64,000 bases of DNA from Actinomycetota bacterium (GTDB lineage Bacteria; Actinomycetota; Thermoleophilia; Gaiellales; F1-60-MAGs149). Position numbers and translations under genes: made by a program. Under the pieces are notes generated by a model that saw only the letters and a list, made by a program, of their open reading frames with translations, had not been told where the DNA came from and ran no database searches. Positions 1 through 9,574 of this stretch are shown in pieces. Positions within the stretch are counted from its first letter, which is position 1. Each line of letters starts with the position of its first letter. The stretch covers positions 74,999 to 138,998 of the forward strand of contig VFJZ01000005.1 in NCBI GenBank assembly GCA_009885805.1, given 5' to 3'.

Positions 1-476
1 GCCGGGCCGAGTGGCAGGAACCCGTCCTGCCCCTTCACGCGGAGCATGGAGCCGCGGTCAGCGTGCCGGAAGTCATGCAGGCCGACGTCGTTCGCGGGCG
101 CGAACCCGTAGACGTAGTCGGGCACGTCCTCCAGCGCAACGCCCTTCATCCGCCGGCCGATGACGACCGCCACCTCGCCCTCGTAGTTGAGGAAATGCGC
201 CCCGCGCGGGCGGCGGATCTCGCCGAGATGGCCGTTCAGCGCGGTCGGCGGCATCATGAAGTACGACGGTTCGGACGGCATGCGCGCGACCTGGTACTCG
301 ACGAGCCGCGAACGCGTCGTCAGGTGGACGGCGACGATCTTCGTCGGCTCGGCCGGCGCCAGCCAGGAGACGTTCGCGACTGCGAGACGAACGCCGCCGC
401 CGTCCAGCACGACCTCGTCGCCATCGAGACGGCCCCAGTCCGGGGAGCCGTCATGGAGAATTCTCACCCTTCGCAT
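1..476 (-). CDS. Fumarylacetoacetate hydrolase family protein (runs off window edge)
   Basis: Not in the ORF track. Manual minus-strand translation from ATG 476: MRRVRILHDG...PTKIVAVHLT...NYEGEVAVVIG...ANDVGLHD...RVKGQDGFLPLGP, the FAH-family motifs. Confidence 0.9.
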   Translation of the reverse strand, partial: MRRVRILHDGSPDWGRLDGDEVVLDGGGVRLAVANVSWLAPAEPTKIVAVHLTTRSRLVEYQVARMPSEPSYFMMPPTALNGHLGEIRRPRGAHFLNYEGEVAVVIGRRMKGVALEDVPDYVYGFAPANDVGLHDFRHADRGSMLRVKGQDGFLPLGP

Positions 477-858
477 GATTGGATACATTATCCCGACGGA
501 GCGCGTCGTGCAACATTCGAGCGCCAATCAGCGCCAGGAGGGCGGCGAACGCCAGGCGAAGTGCTTCCTCCGGGAGGGCCAGCGCCAGGCCGGAGCCTCC
601 CGCGGCGCCCGCGGCGCCGAGCAGGCCGATCAGGAGACCGGTGCGGAGGCCTGAGACGTGCCGCCGCCGTAGGGTCAGCGTGGCCACGACGGCGACGGGT
701 AGCACCATCAACAGCGAGGTGCCCTGCGCCTCGTGCTGCGTCAGTCCGCCGACGAGCACCAGCCAGGGGATGACGAGAGCGCCGCCACCGATACCGAGCA
801 CGCCGCTGACGACGCCGGCGGCCAGGCCGAAGGCGGCGGTGGCGATCAGCAGCGTCAC
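451..858 (-). CDS. TSUP (TauE/SafE sulfite exporter) family protein, half-size
   Basis: GVVSGVLGIGGGALVIPWL...QHEAQGTSL; about 4 hydrophobic helices. Confidence 0.85.
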   Translation of the reverse strand: MTLLIATAAFGLAAGVVSGVLGIGGGALVIPWLVLVGGLTQHEAQGTSLLMVLPVAVVATLTLRRRHVSGLRTGLLIGLLGAAGAAGGSGLALALPEEALRLAFAALLALIGARMLHDALRRDNVSNHAKGENSP

Positions 859-1250
859 TCCAGGGCCGTCACGATCGCGATCACGATCAGGAACGCGCCG
901 AACAGGCCTTTCAGCAGCCGCTCGTCAAGACGCGCAAGCAGCGAGGCGCCGGCGAACGACCCGACCACGGCGCCGGCCGCGAGCGCGGCGCCCAGTTCGT
1001 AGTCGGCCTCCCCCGCGCCGCCGTAGACCAGCAGCGCGACGGCGACGATGGGAATCACCGCAGCGATCGAGATCGTCTGCGCCTCGCGCTGGGGGCGACC
1101 GAGCCAGAGGACGAGGAGCGGCACCATGATCAGCCCGCCGCCGACGCCGAGCAGCCCGGCGAGCACACCGCCGGCGAGCCCGACTGCGAGAAGACGCGGG
1201 TCGAGGGAATGTCGCACGGCGGCGGACATCGTCGCAGGTACCGGCGACAA
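855..1250 (-). CDS. TSUP (TauE/SafE) family protein, half-size; start uncertain
   Basis: GVLAGLLGVGGGLIMVPLL...QREAQTISI; 4-nt stop/start overlap with the next half-gene. Confidence 0.85.
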   Translation of the reverse strand: MSPVPATMSAAVRHSLDPRLLAVGLAGGVLAGLLGVGGGLIMVPLLVLWLGRPQREAQTISIAAVIPIVAVALLVYGGAGEADYELGAALAAGAVVGSFAGASLLARLDERLLKGLFGAFLIVIAIVTALE

Positions 1251-1260
1251 TCACCGGACG

Positions 1261-1578
1261 ATGCCGGATCGCTCGCTGCTGAGGAAGGCGGACGTCGAAT
1301 CGGCGCTGAACGACCTCGTCCCATTCGCGCTCCGGGAAGGCCGCCTGCACGCCGAGTTCCTGTTCCCGACCTTCGCGGAGGCCTTCGCGTTCATGACGGC
1401 GGTCGCAGCCGACGCCTCCGAACTCGACCACCACCCGGACTGGTCGAACAGCTACCGGCGTGTGACGATCGACCTCGTCACGCACAGCGCCGGCGGCGTC
1501 ACGGCGCTCGACCTGGAGCTGGCGCGGCGGATCTGCGCGCGATTCGACACCGACGCGCGTACCATCCCGCCACCGTGA
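1261..1578 (+). CDS. Pterin-4-alpha-carbinolamine dehydratase
   Basis: FAEAFAFM...DHHPDWSNSYRRVTIDLVTHSAGGVTALD signature. Confidence 0.92.
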   Translation: MPDRSLLRKADVESALNDLVPFALREGRLHAEFLFPTFAEAFAFMTAVAADASELDHHPDWSNSYRRVTIDLVTHSAGGVTALDLELARRICARFDTDARTIPPP

Positions 1579-2672
1579 GCGCCACCAACCGCCGCGTCCG
1601 GCTCCCAAGCGACGTTTTCGACCTCCCCGTCGAGAAGATCCGCGACGGCTATTACTCCGACGCGTACTTCAACTACACGAAGGAGATCCTCGACCGCGAC
1701 GGCCGTCGGCCGGCGGTGCTGCTGCAGGTGTTCCAGCGTAAGCACGCGGTGCTGGGCGGCATGGACGAGGCGATCGCGATCCTGCGCGAGTGCAGCGGCG
1801 ACCACGACGCGGCGGGCGCGTGGCGACCCGGCTGGGACGCGCTCGAGGTACACGCCCTCCACGACGGGGACGAGATCGAGCCGTGGGAGAGCGTGCTGAC
1901 CGTGGAGGGCGACTACCGCCTCTTCTGCCACCTCGAGACGACGTTCCTCGGCGGCCTCGCGCGCCGGACGCTGATCGCGACGAACGTCCGCGAGGTCGTC
2001 GCCGCCGCACACGGCAAGCCGATCCTCTACTTCCCGGCCCGGCACGACCACTACCGCGTCCAGACCGGCGACGGCTACGCCGCGCACATCGCGGGCGCGA
2101 TCGGCGTCTCGACTGACGCGCAGGCCTCGTGGTGGGGCGGCCGCGGACTCGGCACCGTCCCGCACGGGCTGATCGCGGCGTACGGCGGCGACACCGTGGC
2201 AGCCGCCGAGGCCTTCGCCCGGACGATCGACGAGGACGTCAACATCGTCGTGCTGGTCGACTACGACAACGACAGCGCCGGCACCGCAGTCGCGGTCGCG
2301 CGCGCTCTCGGGCCCCGTCTGTGGGGCGTGCGGCTCGACACCTCGAACACCATGGTCGATCGCTCGCTCTGGCCGCAGATGGGCCGCTTCGATCCGCGCG
2401 GCGTCAATCCGCAACTCGTCCACAACGTGCGCGAGGCGCTGGATGACGCTGGCTTCGGCGCCGTCAAGATCGTCGTCTCCGGCGGGTTCACGGCAGAGAA
2501 GATCCGCGCGTTCGAGGCGGGCGGGGTCCCCGTCGACTCCTACGGTGTCGGCTCGACGCTGATCCGCGGCGAGAACGACTTCACGGCTGATGTCGTGCTC
2601 GTCGACGGTCAGCCGCGCGGGAAGGCCGGTCGCGCGTACCAGCCGACCGACCGGCTCGAACGCGTCCTCTGA
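1575..2672 (+). CDS. Nicotinate/quinolinate phosphoribosyltransferase family protein
   Basis: YSDAYF, GTVPHGLI, LVDYDND, GVRLDTS, IVVSGG, DSYGVGS; GTG start overlaps upstream stop. Confidence 0.88.
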   Translation: MSATNRRVRLPSDVFDLPVEKIRDGYYSDAYFNYTKEILDRDGRRPAVLLQVFQRKHAVLGGMDEAIAILRECSGDHDAAGAWRPGWDALEVHALHDGDEIEPWESVLTVEGDYRLFCHLETTFLGGLARRTLIATNVREVVAAAHGKPILYFPARHDHYRVQTGDGYAAHIAGAIGVSTDAQASWWGGRGLGTVPHGLIAAYGGDTVAAAEAFARTIDEDVNIVVLVDYDNDSAGTAVAVARALGPRLWGVRLDTSNTMVDRSLWPQMGRFDPRGVNPQLVHNVREALDDAGFGAVKIVVSGGFTAEKIRAFEAGGVPVDSYGVGSTLIRGENDFTADVVLVDGQPRGKAGRAYQPTDRLERVL

Positions 2673-2679
2673 TCGGGCG

Positions 2680-3429
2680 CGGGCCGCACCCAGACGCCGT
2701 CGCCGAACGTCGCGACATAGAGGTAGTTGCCGGCCGGAACGCCATCGGTGACGAGCGGCAGTGACGGCGGAGCGGCGTGAAAGAACGGGATCTGATCCTT
2801 TTCTTTCACGGAGTCGTGACGCTCGCGACGAGCGCCGGGGCGCCGAGCGGGGGTGCTGTTCCTCGCGGCGGACGGCGGCGTCCATCGACTGCGCTATGGC
2901 AACTCCACCGTCGTCGCGACAGTGCCGGGCGGAACTGATCTCGCCTGGTCGCCGGACGCGTCCGCGATCGTCGTCGCCGCACGACTCTCGACCCGGACGG
3001 ACTCGGGAGGGTCTCCTTGCCGTCCATCGCCGGATGGTGCCGCTGACAGCCGGACCTCGCCGGGCGGCGCCGGCCTATCCGGGGCATGCACCGTCTGCTC
3101 GCGCTCCTCGGCCCCCTGCTGGTTGCGCCACCGCACGCCGTCGTGGCAAGTGGGCCGCTGACGTGGCGGCTTACCCGGCGGAGGCGGACGAGCCGATGAT
3201 CGGCTATCCGATGTCGCGGGTAACGGTCGGCAGCCGCGTGTTCACGCTCTACGAGGGCGAGAAGCCGTTCGTGCACGCGCTCGACACCGTCGCCGGCACG
3301 GCTCGCTGCATCGATCTCGAGGGCATGCCGACGGGTCTCCGGCTGAAGCTGGAGCCGTACGGTCGCCCGAGCGGCGTCCGCGTCGTCGCGACCGGGTCAC
3401 ACGAGGTCGCTCGACTGCCACTACGGTGA
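2680..3429. pseudogene. Patchwork of beta-propeller-like gene remnants
   Basis: Fragments NYLYVATFGDGVW (-), TDLAWSPDASAIV (+) and TLYEGEKPFVHALDT (+) in different frames with no coherent gene. Confidence 0.4.
2776..2810. repeat. AT-rich imperfect palindrome (17-bp arms)
   Basis: CGTGAAAGAACGGGATC-T-GATCCTTTTCTTTCACG, 15/17 paired. Confidence 0.7.
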
Positions 3430-3433
3430 GACG

Positions 3434-4957
3434 GTGCCGCTACTCATCGACGCCGCGGGCATCCTCGGTGAGGTTCGCGACGTCCTCATCACCTGGCTGC
3501 CGATCCTCCTGATCGTCGCGCTGCTGTACTTCATGTGGCGCGCCGTCTCGATGATGCCGCGGACCAAGCCACGCGAGGTGAAGCCCGACTCCGCGTCTCT
3601 GGTCAGCTGGGACGAGATCGCCGGCCTCGACGAGGCAAAGGACGAGCTGCGCGAGGTCGTCGACTTCCTGCGCGAACCCGAGCGGTTCGCGAAGCTCGGC
3701 GCGCGCGTGCCGAAGGGAATCCTTCTGTACGGCCCGCCCGGGACCGGCAAGACGCTACTCGCGAAGGCCGTCGCGCACGAGTCGGGCGCTGCGTTCTTCT
3801 CGCAGTCGGCATCGTCGTTCGTGGAGATGTTCGCGGGCGTCGGTGCGGGACGGATCCGAAAGCTCTTCGAGACGGCGCGCAAGCACGCGCCCGCGATCGT
3901 GTTCATCGACGAGTTGGACGCGGTGGGCGCGGCCCGGTCCGTCAACAGCTTGAACCGCGAGCAGGACCAGACGCTGAACCAGCTGCTGGTCGAGCTCGAC
4001 GGCTTTGTCGCCGATCCGCGCGTCGTCGTGCTCGCCGCGTCTAACCGCCTCGATGCGCTCGATCCCGCGCTGTTGCGCCCGGGCCGTTTCGACCGGCAGG
4101 TGCTCGTCTCGACCCCCGACCTCGCCGGCCGCAGTGCGATCCTGAAGGTCCACACGCGGGCAAAGCCGATCGGTCCCGACGTCGATCTCGAGATCGTCGC
4201 GCGCCGCACCGCCGGGCTCGGCGGTGCCGACCTCGAGAACATCTGCAACGAGGCGGCGATTCGCGCCGGCCGCACGGGTCGCCAGGTGATCGAGGCCGAG
4301 GACTTCGACTGGGCGCTCGAGCGGATCATGGCCGGCCTGCAGACGAGCCGCATCCTCACCGAGAAGGAGAAGCGCGTCGTCGCCTACCACGAGGCCGGGC
4401 ACGCCCTTGTCGGGCACCTCCTCGGCGACACGACCGCGCTGCAGAAGGTGACGATCGTCCCGCGCGGCCATGCGCTCGGATACGTCCTCAACCTTCCCGA
4501 CGAGGATCGCTACATCCGCACGCGCGAGGAACTGGTCGACGAGATCACGATGCTCCTCGCGGGTCGCGCGGCGGAGGTCGTGACCTTTGGGCGCATCTCG
4601 ACCAGCGCCGCCTCCGACCTCGAACGCGTCACCGCGATCGCGCGCGCGATGGTGTTCGAGTACGGCATGGGCGAGACGGTTTCCGCGCGGACGATGCGCG
4701 CCGACAACTACGCGTTGTCAGAGGCGACCAAAAGGCTCCGCGACGCCGAGCAGGCGCGGATCGCCGACGAGGCGTACGCCGACGCGCTCGCGCTCTGCGA
4801 GGAGCATCGCGCCGCGCTGGAGCGTCTCGCGGTCGCTCTACTGGACCGCGAGACGCTCGATCGCGCCGACGTGAAACGCCTGCTCGCCGACGTTCCGCAG
4901 CGCGCGTCGTCGGGCTCCGCCGTCGGCGTCGCCCGCGCTCAGCCCTACGACTCCTGA
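3434..4957 (+). CDS. ftsH: ATP-dependent zinc metalloprotease FtsH (short N-terminus, one TM helix)
   Basis: Walker A GPPGTGKT, Walker B FIDELD, SRH ALLRPGRFDR, zinc motif HEAGH. Confidence 0.93.
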   Translation: MPLLIDAAGILGEVRDVLITWLPILLIVALLYFMWRAVSMMPRTKPREVKPDSASLVSWDEIAGLDEAKDELREVVDFLREPERFAKLGARVPKGILLYGPPGTGKTLLAKAVAHESGAAFFSQSASSFVEMFAGVGAGRIRKLFETARKHAPAIVFIDELDAVGAARSVNSLNREQDQTLNQLLVELDGFVADPRVVVLAASNRLDALDPALLRPGRFDRQVLVSTPDLAGRSAILKVHTRAKPIGPDVDLEIVARRTAGLGGADLENICNEAAIRAGRTGRQVIEAEDFDWALERIMAGLQTSRILTEKEKRVVAYHEAGHALVGHLLGDTTALQKVTIVPRGHALGYVLNLPDEDRYIRTREELVDEITMLLAGRAAEVVTFGRISTSAASDLERVTAIARAMVFEYGMGETVSARTMRADNYALSEATKRLRDAEQARIADEAYADALALCEEHRAALERLAVALLDRETLDRADVKRLLADVPQRASSGSAVGVARAQPYDS

Positions 4958-5235
4958 GCCGGCTCCTCGTCGCCGACGGCGTCGATCTCCGCCTGCTTCG
5001 CCGCAACCGCGGCCGTCGCGTCCCGGACAGCCTGCGCCTCGGACCCGAGCCCGTCTGCTGAGAGTGTCCCGCCTTCGGCGGCCGCAAACGCGGCGCGGCC
5101 GTACGCCGAGAACGCATCGTCGAGTTGCCCGTCGAGCTTCTTCAGCTCGAGCTTGAGCTGCTGGGTCTTGGCGAGCTCCTGGCCCTTCTCGAGCCCTTCG
5201 CTGGCCACAGCCTTGACGCGGTCGAGAAATCCCAT
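4945..5235 (-). CDS. Hypothetical small helical protein
   Basis: MGFLDRVK start, SD-like GAAGGAAAG upstream, coding-like codon use. Confidence 0.75.
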   Translation of the reverse strand: MGFLDRVKAVASEGLEKGQELAKTQQLKLELKKLDGQLDDAFSAYGRAAFAAAEGGTLSADGLGSEAQAVRDATAAVAAKQAEIDAVGDEEPAQES

Positions 5236-5299
5236 GCCAGCCTCGCTTTCCTTCGGTTTCGCCGCATTGTCGCACTCCGAGGCAGTACGATGGGCACCC

Positions 5300-5719
5300 G
5301 TGACGGGGACGCGTGGGATTCACCACATCGGCGTCGCCGTCCACGATGTTGCGGCGGCGGTCGAGCGGTATGCGCTGCTCGTCGGCGCGACCGTCGACCA
5401 CGAGGCGGTGGTCGACGAACAGGGCGTCCACGCGGTGGCGCTGCGCGCTGGCGACGGTCCCCTGATCGAGCTGCTCGCGCCGACCGGCGACGATACCCCG
5501 GTCGGCCGATTCCTGGCGAAGAGGGGCGAGGGAATGCACCACGTCGCGTACGAGGTGGATGACCTCCGAGCACACCTCGAGCGCCTGCGAGCAGAGGGCG
5601 TCGAGCTGATCGACGCCGAACCGCGGAACGGCCTGTTCGGCATGCAGGTCGCGTTCATCCACCCCGAGGCCGCCTTCGGCTGCCTCGTCGAGCTCGTCCA
5701 ACCAAAGGAGCACGCATGA
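5300..5719 (+). CDS. mce: Methylmalonyl-CoA epimerase (VOC family)
   Basis: IHHIGVAV, IELLAP, GEGMHHVAYEV, AFIHP...GCLVELVQ. Confidence 0.9.
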   Translation: MTGTRGIHHIGVAVHDVAAAVERYALLVGATVDHEAVVDEQGVHAVALRAGDGPLIELLAPTGDDTPVGRFLAKRGEGMHHVAYEVDDLRAHLERLRAEGVELIDAEPRNGLFGMQVAFIHPEAAFGCLVELVQPKEHA

Positions 5720-5937
5720 GTGAAGGTAACGGCAGCCGCTTCGACCTGGGTTTCGTCGGCGGCGGCACGACCTCCGGCACCGTTGACGAGGCCGAATGGG
5801 CCCGGCTGCAGGCGGCGTTCGCGAGCGGCGGCGACGCGGTGATCGAGGTCGAGGAGGCCAGCTCGCGCCTCTGGGTGCGCGCCTCGCAGGTCGCCTGGGC
5901 GCGACTCCACACCCGCGACGCGCGGGTCGGCTTCTGA
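5716..5937 (+). CDS. Small protein, DUF3107-like
   Basis: 73 aa ending ...VAWARL...RVGF, as in the actinobacterial DUF3107 family; ATGA overlap. Confidence 0.6.
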   Translation: MSEGNGSRFDLGFVGGGTTSGTVDEAEWARLQAAFASGGDAVIEVEEASSRLWVRASQVAWARLHTRDARVGF

Positions 5938-6410
5938 GTCTCGATCGAGATCTCCTGCACGCGGTCGCCCGGCTCCGCCGCCCCTGGCTCAACCGGCTGG
6001 TCGCGTGGTACTCGTTGCTCGGGAACCAGGGCGCGGTGTGGGTCGCCGCCGGCGGTGCGCTCGCGCTCGATCGCGGCTCACCGCGAACGGCCGTCGCCGT
6101 GGCGGCCACCGTCTGGGGAACGCTCGGCGCGAACTACGCCGTCAAGCGAGTCGTACGCCGCGAGCGGCCGGCCGGCGAGGGACTCCCGCCCGCGCTGATC
6201 CACGCGCCGCCGAGCCCGTCGTTTCCCTCCTCCCACGCCGCGATGGCGGCCGCGGCCGCGGTCGTGCTGCCGGTCGCCGCGATTCCCGCTGCCGTGGTGA
6301 TGGCGGTGAGTCGCGTCTACCTCGGCGTCCACTATCCGTCCGACGTCGTCGGCGGCTGTGTGGTCGGCGTCGCCTGCGGCGGCATCGCCGCTATGCTCGG
6401 CGCGCGATGA
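5934..6410 (+). CDS. PAP2-family phosphatase (probable CTG start)
   Basis: KRVVRRERP, SFPSSH, SRVYLGVHYPSDV. Confidence 0.9.
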   Translation: MSLDRDLLHAVARLRRPWLNRLVAWYSLLGNQGAVWVAAGGALALDRGSPRTAVAVAATVWGTLGANYAVKRVVRRERPAGEGLPPALIHAPPSPSFPSSHAAMAAAAAVVLPVAAIPAAVVMAVSRVYLGVHYPSDVVGGCVVGVACGGIAAMLGAR

Positions 6411-7000
6411 CCGCCATCCACATCCCGGCCCGGGAGGGCCGCGCCTTCCGCATCCGCGCCGGCCAGGAGTTCCGGGTGATCGACCCCGAAGGCGAGCAGG
6501 TTGCCGACCTCTTCTGCTTCGTCGACGGCGACGTCTCGGAGTACCTGTCGGCGGAGCACACCCGCGTCGCGCTCGGCCGCCTGTGGCCGCGGATCGGGGA
6601 GTCGTTCGTCACCAACCGCCGCCGCCTCCCGGTCCTCACCTGGATCGCCGACGACTCGCCGGGCGTGCACGACATGCTCTGCGCGGCCTGCTCGCAGGAG
6701 CGCTACGCGCTGCTCGGGCACGTCGGCCACCACGCGTCGTGTGAGGAGAACCTCCGCCTCGCGATGGCCGCGCTCGGCCACTCGCAGATCGACGTCCCGC
6801 AGCCGGTCAACATCTTCGAGGCGAACCCGATCGAGGCGGACGGCACGCTCGGGATCGAGCCGGCTCCGACGATGCCCGGTGACTCGGTGACGCTGCGGGC
6901 GGAGATGGACGTGATCGTCGCCGTCACCGCCTGCCCGCAGGACATCACGCCGCTGTGCGGCGGCACGCCGACCGCGATCGACGTCGAGTTGTCGGGCTGA
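6407..7000 (+). CDS. Urea carboxylase-associated family protein (DUF1989)
   Basis: DPEGEQVADL, HDMLCAAC, SCEENL, PVNIF, TACPQD. Confidence 0.88.
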   Translation: MTAIHIPAREGRAFRIRAGQEFRVIDPEGEQVADLFCFVDGDVSEYLSAEHTRVALGRLWPRIGESFVTNRRRLPVLTWIADDSPGVHDMLCAACSQERYALLGHVGHHASCEENLRLAMAALGHSQIDVPQPVNIFEANPIEADGTLGIEPAPTMPGDSVTLRAEMDVIVAVTACPQDITPLCGGTPTAIDVELSG

Positions 7001-7884
7001 CCGGGACGTCCGAGGCGCACGGCGACCGGCGTGCCGTCGCGGAGGTGCTGACCGCCGCCGTCCTGTTCGGCACCACCGGGACGGCGCGGGCGCTCGGCGC
7101 CGCTGCCGCGAGCCCCGTCGGCGTCGGCGCCGCTCGCCTGGCGGTCGGTGGTGCGGCGCTGGTGTGGCTCGCCCGCCGCGCGCAAGCGCACGTCCCGGCT
7201 CACGTGCCGCGCCGCCTACTGGTGCTCGCCGGCCTGCTAACCGCCGCGTACCAGCTCGTCTTCTTCGCCGGCCTCGACCACGCCGGCGTCGCGATCGGCA
7301 CCGTCGTGACGATCGGCTCCGGACCGCCGCTCGCCGGGCTGTTCGCGATCCTCGCCGGCCAGGGCCGACCGACCGCGCACTGGGCCGTCGCGACCGGGCT
7401 GGCGCTCGCCGGCGTCGTGCTCCTCGCCGGCCCCGCCGGCGACACCTCCGCGCTCGGCGTCGCCCTGGCGCTGCTGTCCGGCGCCGGCTACGCTGGTTAC
7501 ACCGTCGCCGCGAAGGAACTGCTCGATCGCGGCGCGCCGAGCGGTGCGGTGATCGCCTGGGCGTTCGGGATCGGCGGGCTGACGCTGCTGCCGGCGCTCG
7601 TCCTCACCGATCCCGCCTGGCTCGCCACCGGCAGCGGATTCGTCACGGCGCTCTACCTCGGCCTCGGCCCCACCGCCGTCGCCTACATCCTCTTCGCCCG
7701 CGGCCTTCGCCGGCTTTCGGCGGCTACCGTCACCACGCTCGTCCTCGCCGAACCGGTGGTGGCCTCCGTGCTGGGCGTCGTGGTCCTCGACGAGCGCCTG
7801 TCCGCCACCGCCGTTGCCGGCTGCGGTCTGGTGCTCGCGGGTCTGGTCGTCATCACACGCCGCGCCGGTACGCTGCCCGGATGA
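6997..7884 (+). CDS. EamA/DMT family transporter (start uncertain)
   Basis: About 10 TM segments, LFGTTGTA, TLVLAEPVVASVLGVVVLDERL. Confidence 0.88.
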   Translation: MTGTSEAHGDRRAVAEVLTAAVLFGTTGTARALGAAAASPVGVGAARLAVGGAALVWLARRAQAHVPAHVPRRLLVLAGLLTAAYQLVFFAGLDHAGVAIGTVVTIGSGPPLAGLFAILAGQGRPTAHWAVATGLALAGVVLLAGPAGDTSALGVALALLSGAGYAGYTVAAKELLDRGAPSGAVIAWAFGIGGLTLLPALVLTDPAWLATGSGFVTALYLGLGPTAVAYILFARGLRRLSAATVTTLVLAEPVVASVLGVVVLDERLSATAVAGCGLVLAGLVVITRRAGTLPG

Positions 7885-8108
7885 GTGGCCCGCCGCGGAT
7901 CGTCCGGCGCTGGGAGGCGCTCGAAGGTGGTCACCAGGCCGCGATCGCGCTGCCGGTGCTCAGCGTGGTCCTCTTTCTTGCCCACCTCGGCCCACTCAAC
8001 CAGCCGATCGGCCGGGCGATCGGCTACGGCATCTTCTGGGCGATCCCGGCGACGTGGGTGGTCGTGACGGCCTCGCAGTACGAGCGCCGCAAGCGCGAGC
8101 GCGAGTGA
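7881..8108 (+). CDS. Small membrane protein
   Basis: MSGPPRIV...; two hydrophobic segments; overlaps both neighbours by 4 nt; TACGCT 6 nt upstream. Confidence 0.7.
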   Translation: MSGPPRIVRRWEALEGGHQAAIALPVLSVVLFLAHLGPLNQPIGRAIGYGIFWAIPATWVVVTASQYERRKRERE

Positions 8109-9574
8109 CCGTTCAGCGGGCGAACCACAAGTGGTGGACGCTGTTCGCGATGTGCTTCGCGCTGTTCATGATCATGCTCGACAACACGATCGTGAATGTC
8201 GCGCTGCCGACGATCCAGCGCGAACTCGACGCGACGCCGGCGAACCTGGAGTGGACGGTGAACGCGTACGTGCTGACGTTCGCGGCGCTGATCCTCTTCG
8301 GCGGCAAGCTCGGCGATCGCTTCGGGCGCAAGCGGATGTTCCTCGTCGGCGTCGCGCTCTTCACGCTGTTCTCGATCGCGTGCGCGCTGTCCGAGACGGA
8401 CACACAGCTGATCATCGCCCGCGCACTGCAGGGCAGTGGAGCGGCGCTGCTGAATCCGCTCAGCCTGTCGATCCTCGTCAACGTCTTCCCGCGGGAGCAG
8501 ATCCCGGTAGCAATTGGCGTCTGGGCGGGCATCTCCGGCCTCGGCATCGCGATCGGACCGCTGATCGGCGGCGTCCTCGTCGAGCACGTCGGCTGGGCGT
8601 CGGTGTTCTGGGTGAACGTCCCGATCGGTGTGATCGCGATCGCGGTCTGCGTCTGGGCGGTGAGCGAGTCGCGCGACCCGAGCGCGACGACGATGGACGT
8701 GGTCGGCACGAGCCTCGTCACGGCCGGCCTGTTCGCGCTGACGTACGGGCTCATCCGCACGACCGAGCACGCGTGGCTGTCGCCGTCGGTCCTGGCGCTG
8801 CTCGGCGGCGCCCTCGTGCTCCTCTGCGCCTGGCTGTTCTGGGAGGCGCGCGTGACCGAGCCGATGGTGCCGCTGGAGTTCTTCCGCATCCGATCATTCG
8901 CGGCGGCCAACGTGGTCGCGCTGCTGGTCGGCGTGGCGCTGTTCGGCTCGCTGTTCTTCGTCACGCTCTACTTCCAGAACATCCGCGGCTACTCGGCGCT
9001 GGAGGCGGGCGTTCGCTCGATGCCGATGACGCTGATGATCATGTTCGTCGCACCGATCGCCGGGCGCCTCAACATGAAGGTCGGCCCGCGGCCGCTGATG
9101 TCCCTCGGTATGGCCCTGGCAACGGTCGGGATGATCGGCCTCGCGCTCGTCGGCGCGTCATCGAGCTATCACGCGATCTGGCCCTACCTGGTCGCCCTCG
9201 GCGCCGGCGTCGCGATGACGATGCCGTCCCTGTCGAGCGCGGCGATGAGCGCGGTCGAGCCGGCCCGCTCCGGTATCGCCTCGGGCGTCGTCAACTCGGC
9301 GCGGCAGGTCGGCGGTGCGATCGGCATCGCCGTGATGGGCTCGATCGTCGCCAAGCTCGCGCTCGGCTCCTTCGGACCCGCGCCGGAGGAGGTAGAGCAC
9401 CTCGTCGTCGGCGGCCAGACGGCGCTGATCGGGGTCACCGCCGGCCCGGACGTCGCGGCGCGGGCGGCGGACGCGTTCGTCGCCGGCATGCACGGCGCGA
9501 TGCTGGCAGGCGGCGCGCTCACCTTCGCGGCGATGCTCGTGTCCGTGTTCTGGCTGCGCCCCGGCGTTCAGTAG
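8105..9574 (+). CDS. DHA2 (EmrB/QacA) MFS efflux transporter
   Basis: MLDNTIVNVALPTI, WTVNAY, GKLGDRFGRKR, about 14 TM segments. Confidence 0.93.
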   Translation: MTVQRANHKWWTLFAMCFALFMIMLDNTIVNVALPTIQRELDATPANLEWTVNAYVLTFAALILFGGKLGDRFGRKRMFLVGVALFTLFSIACALSETDTQLIIARALQGSGAALLNPLSLSILVNVFPREQIPVAIGVWAGISGLGIAIGPLIGGVLVEHVGWASVFWVNVPIGVIAIAVCVWAVSESRDPSATTMDVVGTSLVTAGLFALTYGLIRTTEHAWLSPSVLALLGGALVLLCAWLFWEARVTEPMVPLEFFRIRSFAAANVVALLVGVALFGSLFFVTLYFQNIRGYSALEAGVRSMPMTLMIMFVAPIAGRLNMKVGPRPLMSLGMALATVGMIGLALVGASSSYHAIWPYLVALGAGVAMTMPSLSSAAMSAVEPARSGIASGVVNSARQVGGAIGIAVMGSIVAKLALGSFGPAPEEVEHLVVGGQTALIGVTAGPDVAARAADAFVAGMHGAMLAGGALTFAAMLVSVFWLRPGVQ

